From Enterobacteria phage Ac3, in sequence record OK040907: a stretch of 64,000 bases of DNA, one strand, 5' to 3'. Both the position numbers and the translations under genes were made by a program. The notes under the pieces are model-generated. The model was not told where the DNA came from. It ran no database searches and was given only the letters and a program-made list of their open reading frames with translations. Below are positions 29,302 through 39,583 of the stretch, piece after piece. The stretch's first letter is position 1. Each line of letters begins with the position of its first letter.

Positions 29302-29839
29302 TTACTATTTCCAAAAGTTTATTATTTTTAAGGTAATTAGCCTTTTCTAGGACTTCAGAAGCATATTTAGAACCTGCTTTAACATTCCATCCCGAATTAT
29401 AAGAGGATATTGCTTTTCTTATATCGCCCTTATGTATATTTAACCAATAAGAAAGTTCAATGTACGCCCAGGAAGCTGAATTGGACCGTTTATTCAACAT
29501 TCTTTTTATTTCAGCATCGGTCATATTATAACCAAGTTCCTTAACTCTTGCTCGCATAGTAGGCAAATAATTTTGGAACATTCCATAAGCGTGATGCTTT
29601 GGTTTAGATTTTAAATTAACTCCGCCAGAGCTTTCTTGCCATAAAATAGCAGCCATTATATGACCTAATCCACTCTTGTGGATGTTTTTGTGTGTTTTAT
29701 ATTTTCCATCCTTAGAAAATTGTTCCCCGAATTGATACGCGTAACGCATGTTATCGAGTTGGACATTACTGAAAGTATGCTCGGAGCTATGTGCCATCAT
29801 TGAAATGGCCAATAGACCAGCGAGTAGTGCTTTTCTCAT
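29294..29839 (-). CDS. lytic transglycosylase-like secreted protein
   Basis: 181 aa, signal peptide, QESSGG...YGMFQ resembling SLT-domain catalytic region. Confidence 0.5.
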   Translation of the reverse strand: MRKALLAGLLAISMMAHSSEHTFSNVQLDNMRYAYQFGEQFSKDGKYKTHKNIHKSGLGHIMAAILWQESSGGVNLKSKPKHHAYGMFQNYLPTMRARVKELGYNMTDAEIKRMLNKRSNSASWAYIELSYWLNIHKGDIRKAISSYNSGWNVKAGSKYASEVLEKANYLKNNKLLEIVND

Positions 29840-29846
29840 GCTTACC

Positions 29847-30308
29847 TCATTGAGTTTTAATTACTGCTTTAGAAGCCTTTCCTGGTAAACGACGACTGTT
29901 AATAATTGCCATCCTACATTGGAGTGACGGGTCTTTGAACTTCTCATTAGGTTTACAAACCGTAAATCCAAGCCAAAGATTTCCATCTGTGATTTCTAAA
30001 CGTCCAGGACGATATTCAACCCCATCAATAAAATCCTCGTCAATGTCAGGACGCGGAGGCATACTCAGAAATTCATTAACTTCTAAAACATGGTCTTTTA
30101 TTTTATGGAATAATTCAAAAACGTATGTCTCATCAATCTCCCGTTGAATTGCGCGATCAAGAAGATGCTGAGAATATTTTAGATGAAACGATGAGACCCC
30201 TGCTGCTTTTGATGCCTCACGAATCTCATTGTTAATTTGACGAAACTCCGACTCAAAGTGACGACGAAGCTTATTTCGACGGATAAAAACTTCTGTATTG
30301 ATAGTCAT
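29847..30308 (-). CDS. regB: RegB endoribonuclease
   Basis: 153 aa, size/sequence/position match T4 RegB. Confidence 0.7.
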   Translation of the reverse strand: MTINTEVFIRRNKLRRHFESEFRQINNEIREASKAAGVSSFHLKYSQHLLDRAIQREIDETYVFELFHKIKDHVLEVNEFLSMPPRPDIDEDFIDGVEYRPGRLEITDGNLWLGFTVCKPNEKFKDPSLQCRMAIINSRRLPGKASKAVIKTQ

Positions 30309-30333
30309 GTTATTCTCCTCTTAACTGATAGAA

Positions 30334-30365
30334 AAATTATACCACAGTCAAGAGGAAAAGTAAAC
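30334..30365 (-). promoter_or_regulatory. T4-type early promoter
   Basis: minus-strand GTTTAC -35 and TATAAT -10 upstream of regB. Confidence 0.45.
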
Positions 30366-30367
30366 AG

Positions 30368-30688
30368 TTATTCTTTAAATCTAATCAATTTATTCATAGA
30401 CTTTGAAACTTCTGCACGAACCTCATGTAAGTTTTTAAGCTGTTCAAGACGCTGCGTATAGTAAGCAATTTCATCTTCTTCGAGACAGTCCTGTGAATCT
30501 TCTTTAAGATAACGCGCATAGTCCTGGAAAGCTTTACGGACTACTTCCTGGAAGTCATCAAGACTTTGAATTTTCTTAGGAGCGGCAGATACACGACGAG
30601 GTGCAGTATAATACTCATAACCAAACCCTGCGCTTAATTGAGCCATTAGTATTTTTCCTCTGGTTGGAACACTGCGCGACAAGCCCAC
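30368..30688 (-). CDS. hypothetical protein
   Basis: 106-aa ORF. Confidence 0.5.
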   Translation of the reverse strand: MGLSRSVPTRGKILMAQLSAGFGYEYYTAPRRVSAAPKKIQSLDDFQEVVRKAFQDYARYLKEDSQDCLEEDEIAYYTQRLEQLKNLHEVRAEVSKSMNKLIRFKE

Positions 30689-30963
30689 ATACTAGCTTCT
30701 TTGAGTTTAGACTTGGCCTTTTGAATGCAGTCAATAGAATTCATAGCTTCATCTAACTTAGAGTCTGACACTTCTTCATTTCCACCTAATGTGCTGTAGA
30801 TTTCAATATACTCGTCTTCTAAAGCCTTTAAAATAAGTCCTAAACGAACTTCAGCGTCTTTGATAGCATTCACTTTACCGATTTTCTCTTCAGTATGCGG
30901 CTTATAACCTTTAATGTCTTCAATCATATTTGACTTCCTCACCAGTACATAAATCATATTCAA
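30646..30963 (-). CDS. hypothetical protein
   Basis: 105-aa ORF. Confidence 0.5.
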   Translation of the reverse strand: MNMIYVLVRKSNMIEDIKGYKPHTEEKIGKVNAIKDAEVRLGLILKALEDEYIEIYSTLGGNEEVSDSKLDEAMNSIDCIQKAKSKLKEASMWACRAVFQPEEKY

Positions 30964-31141
30964 CTAAACGAATAGGTTCATGAATGCCATATCCTTGAAC
31001 AGAAATTTCTGTCGTAGGATAAATTCCATCAATATCACCCATATTCCAGGCTTCATTAAATTGCTGTTCGCCTGAATTACTAAACCACTCGGCGAAAGCA
31101 TTTAGCACATCTTTAGAACCTTCAATAATTATCTTTGCCAT
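30920..31141 (-). CDS. hypothetical protein
   Basis: 73-aa ORF. Confidence 0.45.
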   Translation of the reverse strand: MAKIIIEGSKDVLNAFAEWFSNSGEQQFNEAWNMGDIDGIYPTTEISVQGYGIHEPIRLVEYDLCTGEEVKYD

Positions 31142-31503
31142 TACAAACTCTCAGTAAAGGTACGAGCGATAACGTCGCGCTGCTGTTCCGGAGTCAGAGA
31201 GTTAAAGCGAACTGCATAACCGGATACACGGATGGTCAGCTGCGGATATTTTTCCGGATGCTTAACTGCATCTTCCAGAGTTTCACGACGCAGAACGTTA
31301 ACGTTCAGGTGTTGACCACCTTCAATTTTAACTGTAGGTTGTGTTTCAATTTCAATTTCACGGGCATGCAAACCGTAGAAAATTTCTGGGTCTACAAAAG
31401 AGTCCTCTTTAAAGGTTTTAGAGACAATAATTCGTGCTTGAATACCATCTTCAAAATAAATAGTACCTTTATGTGTGCCTTCAAGAATTTGATATGCTTT
31501 CAT
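31141..31503 (-). CDS. autonomous glycyl-radical cofactor (GrcA/YfiD-like)
   Basis: C-terminal ~60 aa [61 protein letters not shown] matches E. coli GrcA including the RVSGY glycyl-radical motif; 3' half has E. coli-like composition, 5' half is phage-like. Confidence 0.8.
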   Translation of the reverse strand: MKAYQILEGTHKGTIYFEDGIQARIIVSKTFKEDSFVDPEIFYGLHAREIEIETQPTVKIEGGQHLNVNVLRRETLEDAVKHPEKYPQLTIRVSGYAVRFNSLTPEQQRDVIARTFTESL

Positions 31504-31510
31504 ATAAACC

Positions 31511-31840
31511 TCAATTAGAAAATAAATTTATCCAAGATTGTTCTTTAATTAAAAATGGCTCAGAATCATATGCCATTAAACTTTGGGTGATTAGTCCTTT
31601 AAAAGGTCCATCAATAAATTCCATGGTAAAATATGGAATTTTATTCATTAACTGCGCGTTAGGAGCAGTGCACAAAACTCTGCATCCTTTGAATACGCCT
31701 TTTTGTAATTTGTATTGCTTGGGATAAAATTCGCTCAAAATGTTATTATTTGCCAAAATTTCAAAATGATTCACCAATTTATTTTTAATAGTTTTTGGCG
31801 AAAAATAAAGATATTCGAAAAGCTGTGTGTCTGTCATCAT
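31511..31840 (-). CDS. hypothetical protein
   Basis: 109-aa ORF. Confidence 0.5.
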   Translation of the reverse strand: MMTDTQLFEYLYFSPKTIKNKLVNHFEILANNNILSEFYPKQYKLQKGVFKGCRVLCTAPNAQLMNKIPYFTMEFIDGPFKGLITQSLMAYDSEPFLIKEQSWINLFSN

Positions 31841-32427
31841 TGCATTCCAATCACAAAAAATTGAGGACGAACTGTTTCACCTGTTTCAGCATTATAGCTT
31901 CGACAACAGTGTTGTACCGTTTTAATATGGATATTGTAAATCTTATCCATATCAGGAGCTTTAATAGGTTCGTCAATTATGTACAAGATACGAGAAAGCG
32001 ATAACCCACGGAATTTATGACCTTCATTACCGATAAAACTACGGACAGAATCAGTAAATAAACGGAATCGAATATCATCGCTAGAATAACGAGAAAATTC
32101 TTTTTCAATGTTGCCAGCAGAAATTTTAGCGTAAGCTGAAGTATTAGAAAGAACAATAACTGTTCCGCCATCATACAGCCAATTAGCAGCAAAGTTAGTC
32201 ACAGCAATTGATTTACCGGATTGACGTCCACCATCTATACGAAGTGTGCAGTACTGTTTGAGCACATCTTCCATTGGTGGAAGATAATCATTCTTACAAA
32301 TTTCTTCTACTCTAGCATCAGAATGGTGTGTAAAAGCATTCATCAGGGATAGATAAGGACCAGTTAAAAATGTTCTCATTTTATTCTCTCTAAGTTTGGG
32401 CCATTCCGTGGCGCATGAATTGTCCAT
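31837..32427 (-). CDS. P-loop NTPase-like protein (start may be internal)
   Basis: GGRQSGKS Walker A-like and IIDE Walker B-like motifs. Confidence 0.5.
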   Translation of the reverse strand: MDNSCATEWPKLRENKMRTFLTGPYLSLMNAFTHHSDARVEEICKNDYLPPMEDVLKQYCTLRIDGGRQSGKSIAVTNFAANWLYDGGTVIVLSNTSAYAKISAGNIEKEFSRYSSDDIRFRLFTDSVRSFIGNEGHKFRGLSLSRILYIIDEPIKAPDMDKIYNIHIKTVQHCCRSYNAETGETVRPQFFVIGMQ

Positions 32428-32520
32428 TTCTGTATTTACCCATTACCGCACTTGGGCTCGACCTTATCACAGGTTGGCGGGAATCCCTCATAGAATCATG
32501 AGGTCCAGGTTGTTCCCATA

Positions 32521-32994
32521 TTATTTGAACGATTTAACGTACTGAATAGAACCCTTACTATTCACAAAGGCAATTTTACCATTTTTATTATACATGGTAG
32601 CAGTACGCTGATAACCATAGGTTTGTTTACCAGATTGATAACCAACTAATGCAAAATTATCTTCACCCATTTTATTCTGTTTAGCGCGAATGCGTTCATG
32701 ACCATGTGCCATAAGAACCTTAGCATCACCAGTTGCAATGGATCGACGAGTTTTTTCATCTTCAACTGCATTAACAAAGTCGTCAAATGAATCAAATTTA
32801 GCATGAGATTTATTATACAATTTTCCATCTACTGCATAATTATATCCCTGTACATCCATCTCAACTTCTGTACCATCATCCAATACAGCAGTAATTTTTT
32901 GACCTTTTTTAAATTTCAAAAGATCAGTAAAAGATTCAGCAATAATTTGAGAATTAATAGCTGCTTCAGTGATAAATTCTTGATATGTTTTCAT
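32521..32994 (-). CDS. internal head protein with capsid targeting sequence
   Basis: 157 aa starting MKTYQEFITEA, the conserved N-terminal targeting sequence of T4 internal proteins; adjacent to denV as T4 ipII/ipIII. Confidence 0.65.
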   Translation of the reverse strand: MKTYQEFITEAAINSQIIAESFTDLLKFKKGQKITAVLDDGTEVEMDVQGYNYAVDGKLYNKSHAKFDSFDDFVNAVEDEKTRRSIATGDAKVLMAHGHERIRAKQNKMGEDNFALVGYQSGKQTYGYQRTATMYNKNGKIAFVNSKGSIQYVKSFK

Positions 32995-33003
32995 GGGTTT
33001 CCT

Positions 33004-33420
33004 TTAAATGTAAATATTTTTACCGTAATACTTATACCAATGTGGTTTCATTAAAATTTTTTCATCAAGTCGTTGTTGACTCAATTTAATAGCTGATTTG
33101 CATGGATTATAATCATTTTTCCATTCTATTGGAATATCGCTGATGTCAGGAACTTCAGTATCTTTTATACTGAACCCGCGTTTTAAGCATTCCGTTATAA
33201 TGTCTAATTGACGCTTTCGCAAAAATTCTAACTTATCGTAAAAGAACGTAACATGACCAGAACCTAAAATAAACTCGGAAGATATTTTAAAATCTTTAAC
33301 GCGCTTACCGTTTGCCACATGCTTACGAACTATACCAAAAACACGCGGCAATTCACGGTATTCTGCGATTAAATGTTGATCAGCAAGTTCAGATACTAAA
33401 GTCAAATTAATACGAGTCAT
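33004..33420 (-). CDS. denV: endonuclease V (pyrimidine dimer DNA glycosylase)
   Basis: 138 aa [29 protein letters not shown]... matches T4 DenV. Confidence 0.9.
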   Translation of the reverse strand: MTRINLTLVSELADQHLIAEYRELPRVFGIVRKHVANGKRVKDFKISSEFILGSGHVTFFYDKLEFLRKRQLDIITECLKRGFSIKDTEVPDISDIPIEWKNDYNPCKSAIKLSQQRLDEKILMKPHWYKYYGKNIYI

Positions 33421-33443
33421 TTTATCCCTCCAAGTAACTGTGA

Positions 33444-33476
33444 ATATACTATCACAATTCTAGGAGAAAGTAAACA
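33444..33476 (-). promoter_or_regulatory. T4-type early promoter
   Basis: minus-strand GTTTAC -35 and TAGTAT -10 upstream of denV. Confidence 0.45.
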
Positions 33477-33479
33477 ACT

Positions 33480-34448
<969 letters not shown>

Positions 34449-34467
<19 letters not shown>

Positions 34468-34937
34468 TCAGTGATAAAGTTATTTAAATTTTGAGTATAT
34501 TTCTTTTCATCAAAAATCTTTTGTTGTCTGCGTAGCCGCCATGGCATTTCAATGAACGTGTACCATATCCCAGATAATATTGCTGCAGTAAAAATATTAA
34601 CAAGTATGGTTAAAAGAATCCAATCTCCTATTCTGTCCATTGGATTTTTTATAAAAAAGTAAAATACGAATGATGTCACAGGAAGACTAATAATATACCA
34701 CAGAATCATAATTTTATCTGTGAACCAATCAGCGTTCGTTAACTTAGCGCGACCATTATGAATACACACGAATTTATCATCTGTTATAATAGATGGCTTA
34801 GCTGCTTGATATCCCATTCTAAACTCCCTAATCAACAAATTTTTCATATCTTCGGAACAACCATTCCAGTCAACTCTATCAACTGAAATGCCATCATCCC
34901 CATCATCTAAATCATACCAGCGAGTTTTTAAAATCAT
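34449..34937 (-). CDS. membrane protein (C-terminal ..ECRKLK tail family)
   Basis: 162 aa, hydrophobic helices. Confidence 0.5.
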
Positions 34938-35239
34938 TTAATTTTCCTACAATCACTCACAAACTCTTCCATTGATTCTTTTTCAATATAAGACATGTAG
35001 CTATTATATTCCTTTAATTGTATTTTGTAATCTTTTTTTCTTTGCCAATTTATTTTAAAATTATCATAATGAAAATATAACATGGTACCAAAGAATGAAA
35101 ATAATGAAATCGCTATAGTATAATGAAGTTCACTCCAAACTTCTATTATATCTATTATACCGCTGACGTTACTACGGATGTTTAAAATAAGACAGTCAAT
35201 TAACAATCCAAAAAGACTACCCGCAAGAGCTGCAGCCAA
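34934..35239 (-). CDS. membrane protein (C-terminal ..DCRKIK tail family)
   Basis: 101 aa, hydrophobic N terminus. Confidence 0.5.
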   Translation of the reverse strand: MAAALAGSLFGLLIDCLILNIRSNVSGIIDIIEVWSELHYTIAISLFSFFGTMLYFHYDNFKINWQRKKDYKIQLKEYNSYMSYIEKESMEEFVSDCRKIK

Positions 35240-35289
35240 CGCTACAGCAAAAATTAAAAATGACTCAGGAAGAGAATATTTGACTTTAT

Positions 35290-35683
35290 TCAGTTCTGGC
35301 TTTTGCAGCGGCTCTCTTTTACGAATTTCATGATTTCATCAAATTCGTGAGCCGCCAGCTTCAGCTGGTGTTCTTTCTTGATTTTCTTGCACTGCGCTTT
35401 CCAGTCACGAACACGTTTGCGATAATGACGACCCTGGTACCAGTAACCGATCCAGTTGATCGGCACGAGCAGGAGCGGAACCACCAGCGGCAGGATCAGG
35501 GTAGCGCCGAAGATTGCGCCGGATTCGATATCAGTCATAACGTCGATAACCATACCGGCAATAACCAGAATAACAAAAGAGACCACAACCACCGGACCGA
35601 TCAGCACGTCAGTGGAGATAATTTGGCGCTTCAGTTCGTATTTCAGTGGTTTGCTCGGCAGGTACAGAGACGGTTTGGACATA
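35290..35683 (-). CDS. membrane protein (same family, E. coli-optimal codons)
   Basis: 130 aa from ATG 35683 (MSKPSLYLPSK...), two hydrophobic helices, basic tail ending ..ESRCKSQN; ORF track extends to 35703 through native sequence. Confidence 0.55.
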
Positions 35684-36259
35684 TTCTCTACATTCCTTAA
35701 CAAATTTTTCTAATAATAAATCGCTTTCAAAATTGGGATTTTCTACGAATTTATCAAAAAGATCATCGACAATAGTTAAGATATTCTTTTTACTAAGAAT
35801 ACGTTTATTTTCATATTTTGTTTCAGAGTCAACTATAAGAGTAAAGAAATATTTCTTGCCCTGAAATTTTACAGTAGTATCAATATAGAATAAATTTGAC
35901 TTTTGTAAATTACGTTTAAACCATGCATCACTTAAACTATAAACGCCAAGATAATCATAATCGTCGTTTAAATAACAGACCGTCCATTCAGGAGAAACAA
36001 AATCAGTAAATTCAACGTCAAAATCGCATGTTAATAAATGAATTGATTCAATACTGTTAATAAGTATTCCAGGACGTATTAAAGACTTTTTACCTCTAAA
36101 AAATCTTCCAGAAAGACTTTCAACAGTTTCATATGAAGAACCCCAATAATAATTACGTCCTTCTGCCATACGTTTAAGAGCATTTAATAATTGGTCTGGA
36201 ACATCAACCTGTCTTTGGAACTCTTCAAACATTGAATTGAAATCACTTTGCATTTTCAT
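35609..36259 (-). CDS. hypothetical protein (true 3' end probably near 35690)
   Basis: 216-aa ORF; last ~25 codons read through the recoded gene in another frame, so the native stop appears lost; ..KFVKECREY resembles the family tail. Confidence 0.5.
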   Translation of the reverse strand: MKMQSDFNSMFEEFQRQVDVPDQLLNALKRMAEGRNYYWGSSYETVESLSGRFFRGKKSLIRPGILINSIESIHLLTCDFDVEFTDFVSPEWTVCYLNDDYDYLGVYSLSDAWFKRNLQKSNLFYIDTTVKFQGKKYFFTLIVDSETKYENKRILSKKNILTIVDDLFDKFVENPNFESDLLLEKFVKECREYVQTVSVPAEQTTEIRTEAPNYLH

Positions 36260-36280
36260 TCCTACTTACTCCAAGTAATA

Positions 36281-36294
36281 GGGGCCGAAGCCCC
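36281..36294. terminator. GC hairpin (terminator-like)
   Basis: GGGGCCGAAGCCCC palindrome between genes; no clear T-run on the minus side. Confidence 0.35.
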
Positions 36295-36300
36295 TTATCA

Positions 36301-36894
36301 TTATTTCAGAGAATTAATATATTCCTGAACATCGGCAGAGGTAGTTTCAACCCCAGAAATATTACCATTAAAGGTTTCAACTCGAGCAAGAGTATCTTCA
36401 ATATCAACCTTAGTCAGTGCTGCAATTTCAACTACATCATCAGCAGTACTAATTCCAAGGGCATTCGCGGCGCGAGTTTCACGGATATATTCCAATTTAA
36501 CTGCAAGTTCTTGGCGAGCATCATCTAACTCAACTACTTTCTTGGCAATTTCAATTCGCATTTCAGCATAACCATCAGCTTTAGTAGTCAACTGCTCAGC
36601 TGTTCGACGATATAGTAAACCAAGTTTAGCATGCATTGTTACATCTTGACCTTCCGAAAGGAGCTTGCGAATTTCACGCTCTTTTGATTCGGCCTGCTTA
36701 TTCTTTTCGACAATAAGTTCACGAATACGCTTTTCTTCATTAATAGATTTAACAGAAGCAGTTTTTAGATCTTTAATTTTATCAAGCAATTTTGCTGCTG
36801 CGGCAGTATACTGCTCTTCAACAGATAGATTTTTAGCCATAGCAGAACCAAGTTTAGTGCGAATAAACTCAACAATTTTCTTCAGTGTGTTCAT
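36301..36894 (-). CDS. coiled-coil hypothetical protein
   Basis: 197 aa, helical, heptad-rich. Confidence 0.5.
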
Positions 36895-36937
36895 AGTATT
36901 TCCTTAGGTTGATTAGAAATTAAAATCTGCAGAAGAA

Positions 36938-37471
36938 TTATATCATGCTACTTAAGAGATGTAAACTATTTTTAATTTTACAAATTCGTTCAGCTTCTTC
37001 AACAGCGGCAGTGATAATGCTTTTAGCTATAGGAGTACTAATATTAGTAGCTTTTACACTTAACACGATTTCTTTATCTTTACCAGGCCAACCCCACGAT
37101 TTTTCACCATGAGTGCCTTTAATTACAGCAGACACCTCAAGTGAGCATCCATTATCGCATGTTTTTACATTAACAACCCAAGTGTCACTTTTCTCAACCG
37201 GTTTATCCCAGTAAATATTAAGAATACGTGGGACATCAAATTTAGCAGGGCAAATCTTAACCGTAAGACCTTCGCTTTCTAGCCAATTAATAAGAGGGCG
37301 TTCATACATGCGGCGATGTGGGCTTTGAACTCGACAAGCTTTGTACCCATTGCTTGCGGCTTCACTAAGCTCTTCTAATACATGCTTTTGCATTATTGAT
37401 AAGATACCATCAAAAGATTTTTCGGAAGTTTCATTCAGTTCGGTATAAAGAGACATAACAGTTTTCCTCAA
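36938..37471 (-). CDS. hypothetical protein
   Basis: 177-aa ORF. Confidence 0.5.
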   Translation of the reverse strand: MRKTVMSLYTELNETSEKSFDGILSIMQKHVLEELSEAASNGYKACRVQSPHRRMYERPLINWLESEGLTVKICPAKFDVPRILNIYWDKPVEKSDTWVVNVKTCDNGCSLEVSAVIKGTHGEKSWGWPGKDKEIVLSVKATNISTPIAKSIITAAVEEAERICKIKNSLHLLSSMI

Positions 37472-37512
37472 ATTATAGGCTCATAATATCTCAATCATGA
37501 GCCTATGTAAAC

Positions 37513-37776
37513 TTATTTCATATTATTGAAATATTCTTCTGCGATTTCGTCGTTATCATGGTAAACTTTAGAAGACAGTTTAACATAACCTTCAGCAGTG
37601 AACATGTTAATCACAACCTTTACAGTATACCACTGACCATCTTCATTACCCATTACTGCGTAAGTTTCAAACATCGGATGATCAGGACCGATAACTTTAA
37701 TATCATTCACTGTACGACCAAAATCTTCTGAAACACATTTCATAAAGAAGTTGAACAGTTCACCGTAATTATCCAT
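37513..37776 (-). CDS. hypothetical protein
   Basis: ATG 37776 with GGAGAA SD; ORF track starts at a TTG at 37788. Confidence 0.5.
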   Translation of the reverse strand: MDNYGELFNFFMKCVSEDFGRTVNDIKVIGPDHPMFETYAVMGNEDGQWYTVKVVINMFTAEGYVKLSSKVYHDNDEIAEEYFNNMK

Positions 37777-37817
37777 TTCATTCTCCAAGTTGTTTTCTGT
37801 ATCAGTAGTTGATAGTT

Positions 37818-37851
37818 GTATAGTACCATAGAAGAACAGGGATGTAAACAG
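37818..37851 (-). promoter_or_regulatory. T4-type early promoter
   Basis: minus-strand TTTCACAAAACTGTTTACA (-35) and TACTATACAACTATCAACTA (-10 region). Confidence 0.5.
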
Positions 37852-37982
37852 TTTTGTGAAAAAATTTTTAAAAAGTTTTGGGGAATTCTAGGGCAGGGAG
37901 GGGAAATCAAAGGATAGGATAATATATTATAAAGGGTAGAAACTAAATGATGTCTAGAGAGGCCTGGAAAGGCCTAGATACC

Positions 37983-38010
37983 AAAAAGCCCCAACCTTTC
38001 GGCTAGGGCT
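37983..38010 (-). terminator. rho-independent terminator
   Basis: hairpin AGCCCTAGCCGAAAGGTTGGGGCT then TTTTT on minus strand; near-duplicate of element at 38551. Confidence 0.5.
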
Positions 38011-38017
38011 AAGAATG

Positions 38018-38491
38018 TTATTTGATTTGTTTAGCAGACCAAATGCGGTCTTTAATAATTTTTTGAATGTCTTCAACATACTCAAGAGAGTGAGCATGTG
38101 GGTTATCTTTGAAACTATAAGCACGAGCTAGTTTTTGGCCTTCAGTTTTGATTACTAAAAGCTCTTTAAGGATAGCTTCATATTTGGAGATAATTCCTTT
38201 AACAATATTTTTCTCTTGTGCGACTTTAGGATCTGCTTTAGGAGCAGGTTTACCCGAAGCCTTTGCAAAAGCAGCGCCAGTAGCAACTAAACTTTTCCAG
38301 GCCATACTAACTGCATTTCCCGTAAATCCTTCCGCTTTCATGTCGCGTGCGAACTGGAATCGCGATTCATCAGAAGCATCTTTGTAAGAATATTTACCCG
38401 CTGCAATGGCTGCTTTTGCGACAGCTTGAATTTCGGTGCTAGATGCTTCATTTAACACCGCTTCATTTAAAAATTGAGTATATGATTTCAT
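38018..38491 (-). CDS. internal head protein-like (capsid targeting sequence)
   Basis: 157 aa starting MKSYTQFLNEA; late-promoter TATAAATA upstream. Confidence 0.6.
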   Translation of the reverse strand: MKSYTQFLNEAVLNEASSTEIQAVAKAAIAAGKYSYKDASDESRFQFARDMKAEGFTGNAVSMAWKSLVATGAAFAKASGKPAPKADPKVAQEKNIVKGIISKYEAILKELLVIKTEGQKLARAYSFKDNPHAHSLEYVEDIQKIIKDRIWSAKQIK

Positions 38492-38542
38492 CTTATTTCC
38501 TGTTTTAATTCGTGGATTTAATATACTACTATATTTATACCA

Positions 38543-38550
38543 AAAAGCCC
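38543..38550 (-). promoter_or_regulatory. late promoter TATAAATA
   Basis: minus-strand TATAAATA about 50 nt upstream of 38491. Confidence 0.45.
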
Positions 38551-38579
38551 CAACCTTTCGGTCGGGGCTAAGCCTTGCG
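38551..38579 (-). terminator. rho-independent terminator
   Basis: hairpin AGCCCCGACCGAAAGGTTGGGGCT then TTTTT on minus strand, at the distal end of the tRNA/RNA cluster. Confidence 0.5.
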
Positions 38580-38599
38580 GCAACCTTGTCGGGGTTCCA

Positions 38600-38880
38600 C
38601 CTGCTAAGGCAAGTGTTTGTACGAAACGCCGGGATTCGAACCCGGTTATCAAGCAGTTGACGCTACTCAATATTTTTAAAAGGCCATATCTCGACCATAT
38701 CCGAACGTTCCGTCAAAAACGCTACTCGGCTTACGGCAAAGATATTTCCTCGAATCGATAATTCGGTGCGCCGTTTCTGCTGTGATATAAGGGGCATTAA
38801 CAAAACATAAAGATTTATTAATGCCAGTCCTTAAACAGGGAACATCAGTCCGACGACTTACCGGTAGCGACCCGGTTTCT
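38600..38880 (-). ncRNA. candidate small stable RNA(s), tRNA-like (compare T4 species 1/2 RNAs)
   Basis: No coding frame; minus strand has a perfect tRNA T-arm CCGGGTTCGAATCCCGG (38622-38642) and other hairpins but no complete cloverleaf. Confidence 0.3.
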
Positions 38881-39230
38881 TAATATTCTTTTAAAGCATC
38901 AATTTGTTCACGGCGTTTACGCCATAAATCAATTGCTTCATAAGCAGATTCAGCATTTCGAATTAGCCGACATTTATGTAAAGACTTATGATTTTGATAT
39001 TGTGTAGATAACGGAATTTTATCTAAAAGGTCTTTACGTTCAAAATATTCGTAACCATCTAAACCAAATGAACGATTTTTGAGAAATTGCCAATGACCAA
39101 ATTCGTTTTCGACATAAACATAATCTGCATGCTGATAAAGCAAATTAATTACACGTTCAGAAATAACAGTATCATTATGATTAAAATAGAATGTTAAATC
39201 ATGAACTACTAAATAAACATTGCCTTTCAT
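38880..39230 (-). CDS. hypothetical protein
   Basis: ATG 39230 with GAGGA SD; the longer ORF-track start at 39278 would lie inside tRNA-Arg. Confidence 0.45.
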   Translation of the reverse strand: MKGNVYLVVHDLTFYFNHNDTVISERVINLLYQHADYVYVENEFGHWQFLKNRSFGLDGYEYFERKDLLDKIPLSTQYQNHKSLHKCRLIRNAESAYEAIDLWRKRREQIDALKEY

Positions 39231-39248
39231 ATTTTCCTCACTTATAAT

Positions 39249-39325
<77 letters not shown>

Positions 39326-39329
39326 TATT

Positions 39330-39404
39330 TGGCGGACATGCATGGATTCGAACCATGGACCAATTGATTAACAGTCAACTGCTCTACCACTGAGCTACAC
39401 ATCC
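39330..39404 (-). tRNA. tRNA-Asn (anticodon GUU)
   Basis: Manual cloverleaf: D-arm TAGCTCAGTGGTAGAGC, anticodon loop CTGTTAA, T-loop TTCGAAT, CCA encoded. Confidence 0.8.
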
Positions 39405-39408
39405 AAAT

Positions 39409-39495
39409 TGGTGGGGAGTGATGGAGTCGAACCACCCGAGTCGCAATGACAATGAATTTACAGTCCACACCGCTACCTCTACGGGATAACTCCCC
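39409..39495 (-). tRNA. tRNA-Tyr (anticodon GUA), type II with long variable arm
   Basis: Acceptor GGGGAGT/ACTCCCC, anticodon loop CTGTAAA, T-loop TTCGACT, CCA encoded; D-arm register slightly irregular. Confidence 0.65.
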
Positions 39496-39507
39496 TAATT
39501 CATAATT

Positions 39508-39582
39508 TGGTGGCCCTGGGTGGAATTGAACCACCATCTGGCGATTATGAGTCGCTTGCTTGAACCTTCCAGCTACAGGGCC
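39508..39582 (-). tRNA. tRNA with CAU anticodon (Ile2/Met)
   Basis: Acceptor GGCCCTG/CAGGGCC, anticodon loop CTCATAA, T-loop TTCAATT, CCA encoded. Confidence 0.8.
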
Positions 39583-39583
39583 T

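Noticed and set aside
38622-38642. tRNA T-arm CCGGGTTCGAATCCCGG as a tenth canonical tRNA
   Set aside because: No complementary acceptor stem or anticodon arm at tRNA spacing; kept only as part of a candidate small stable RNA.
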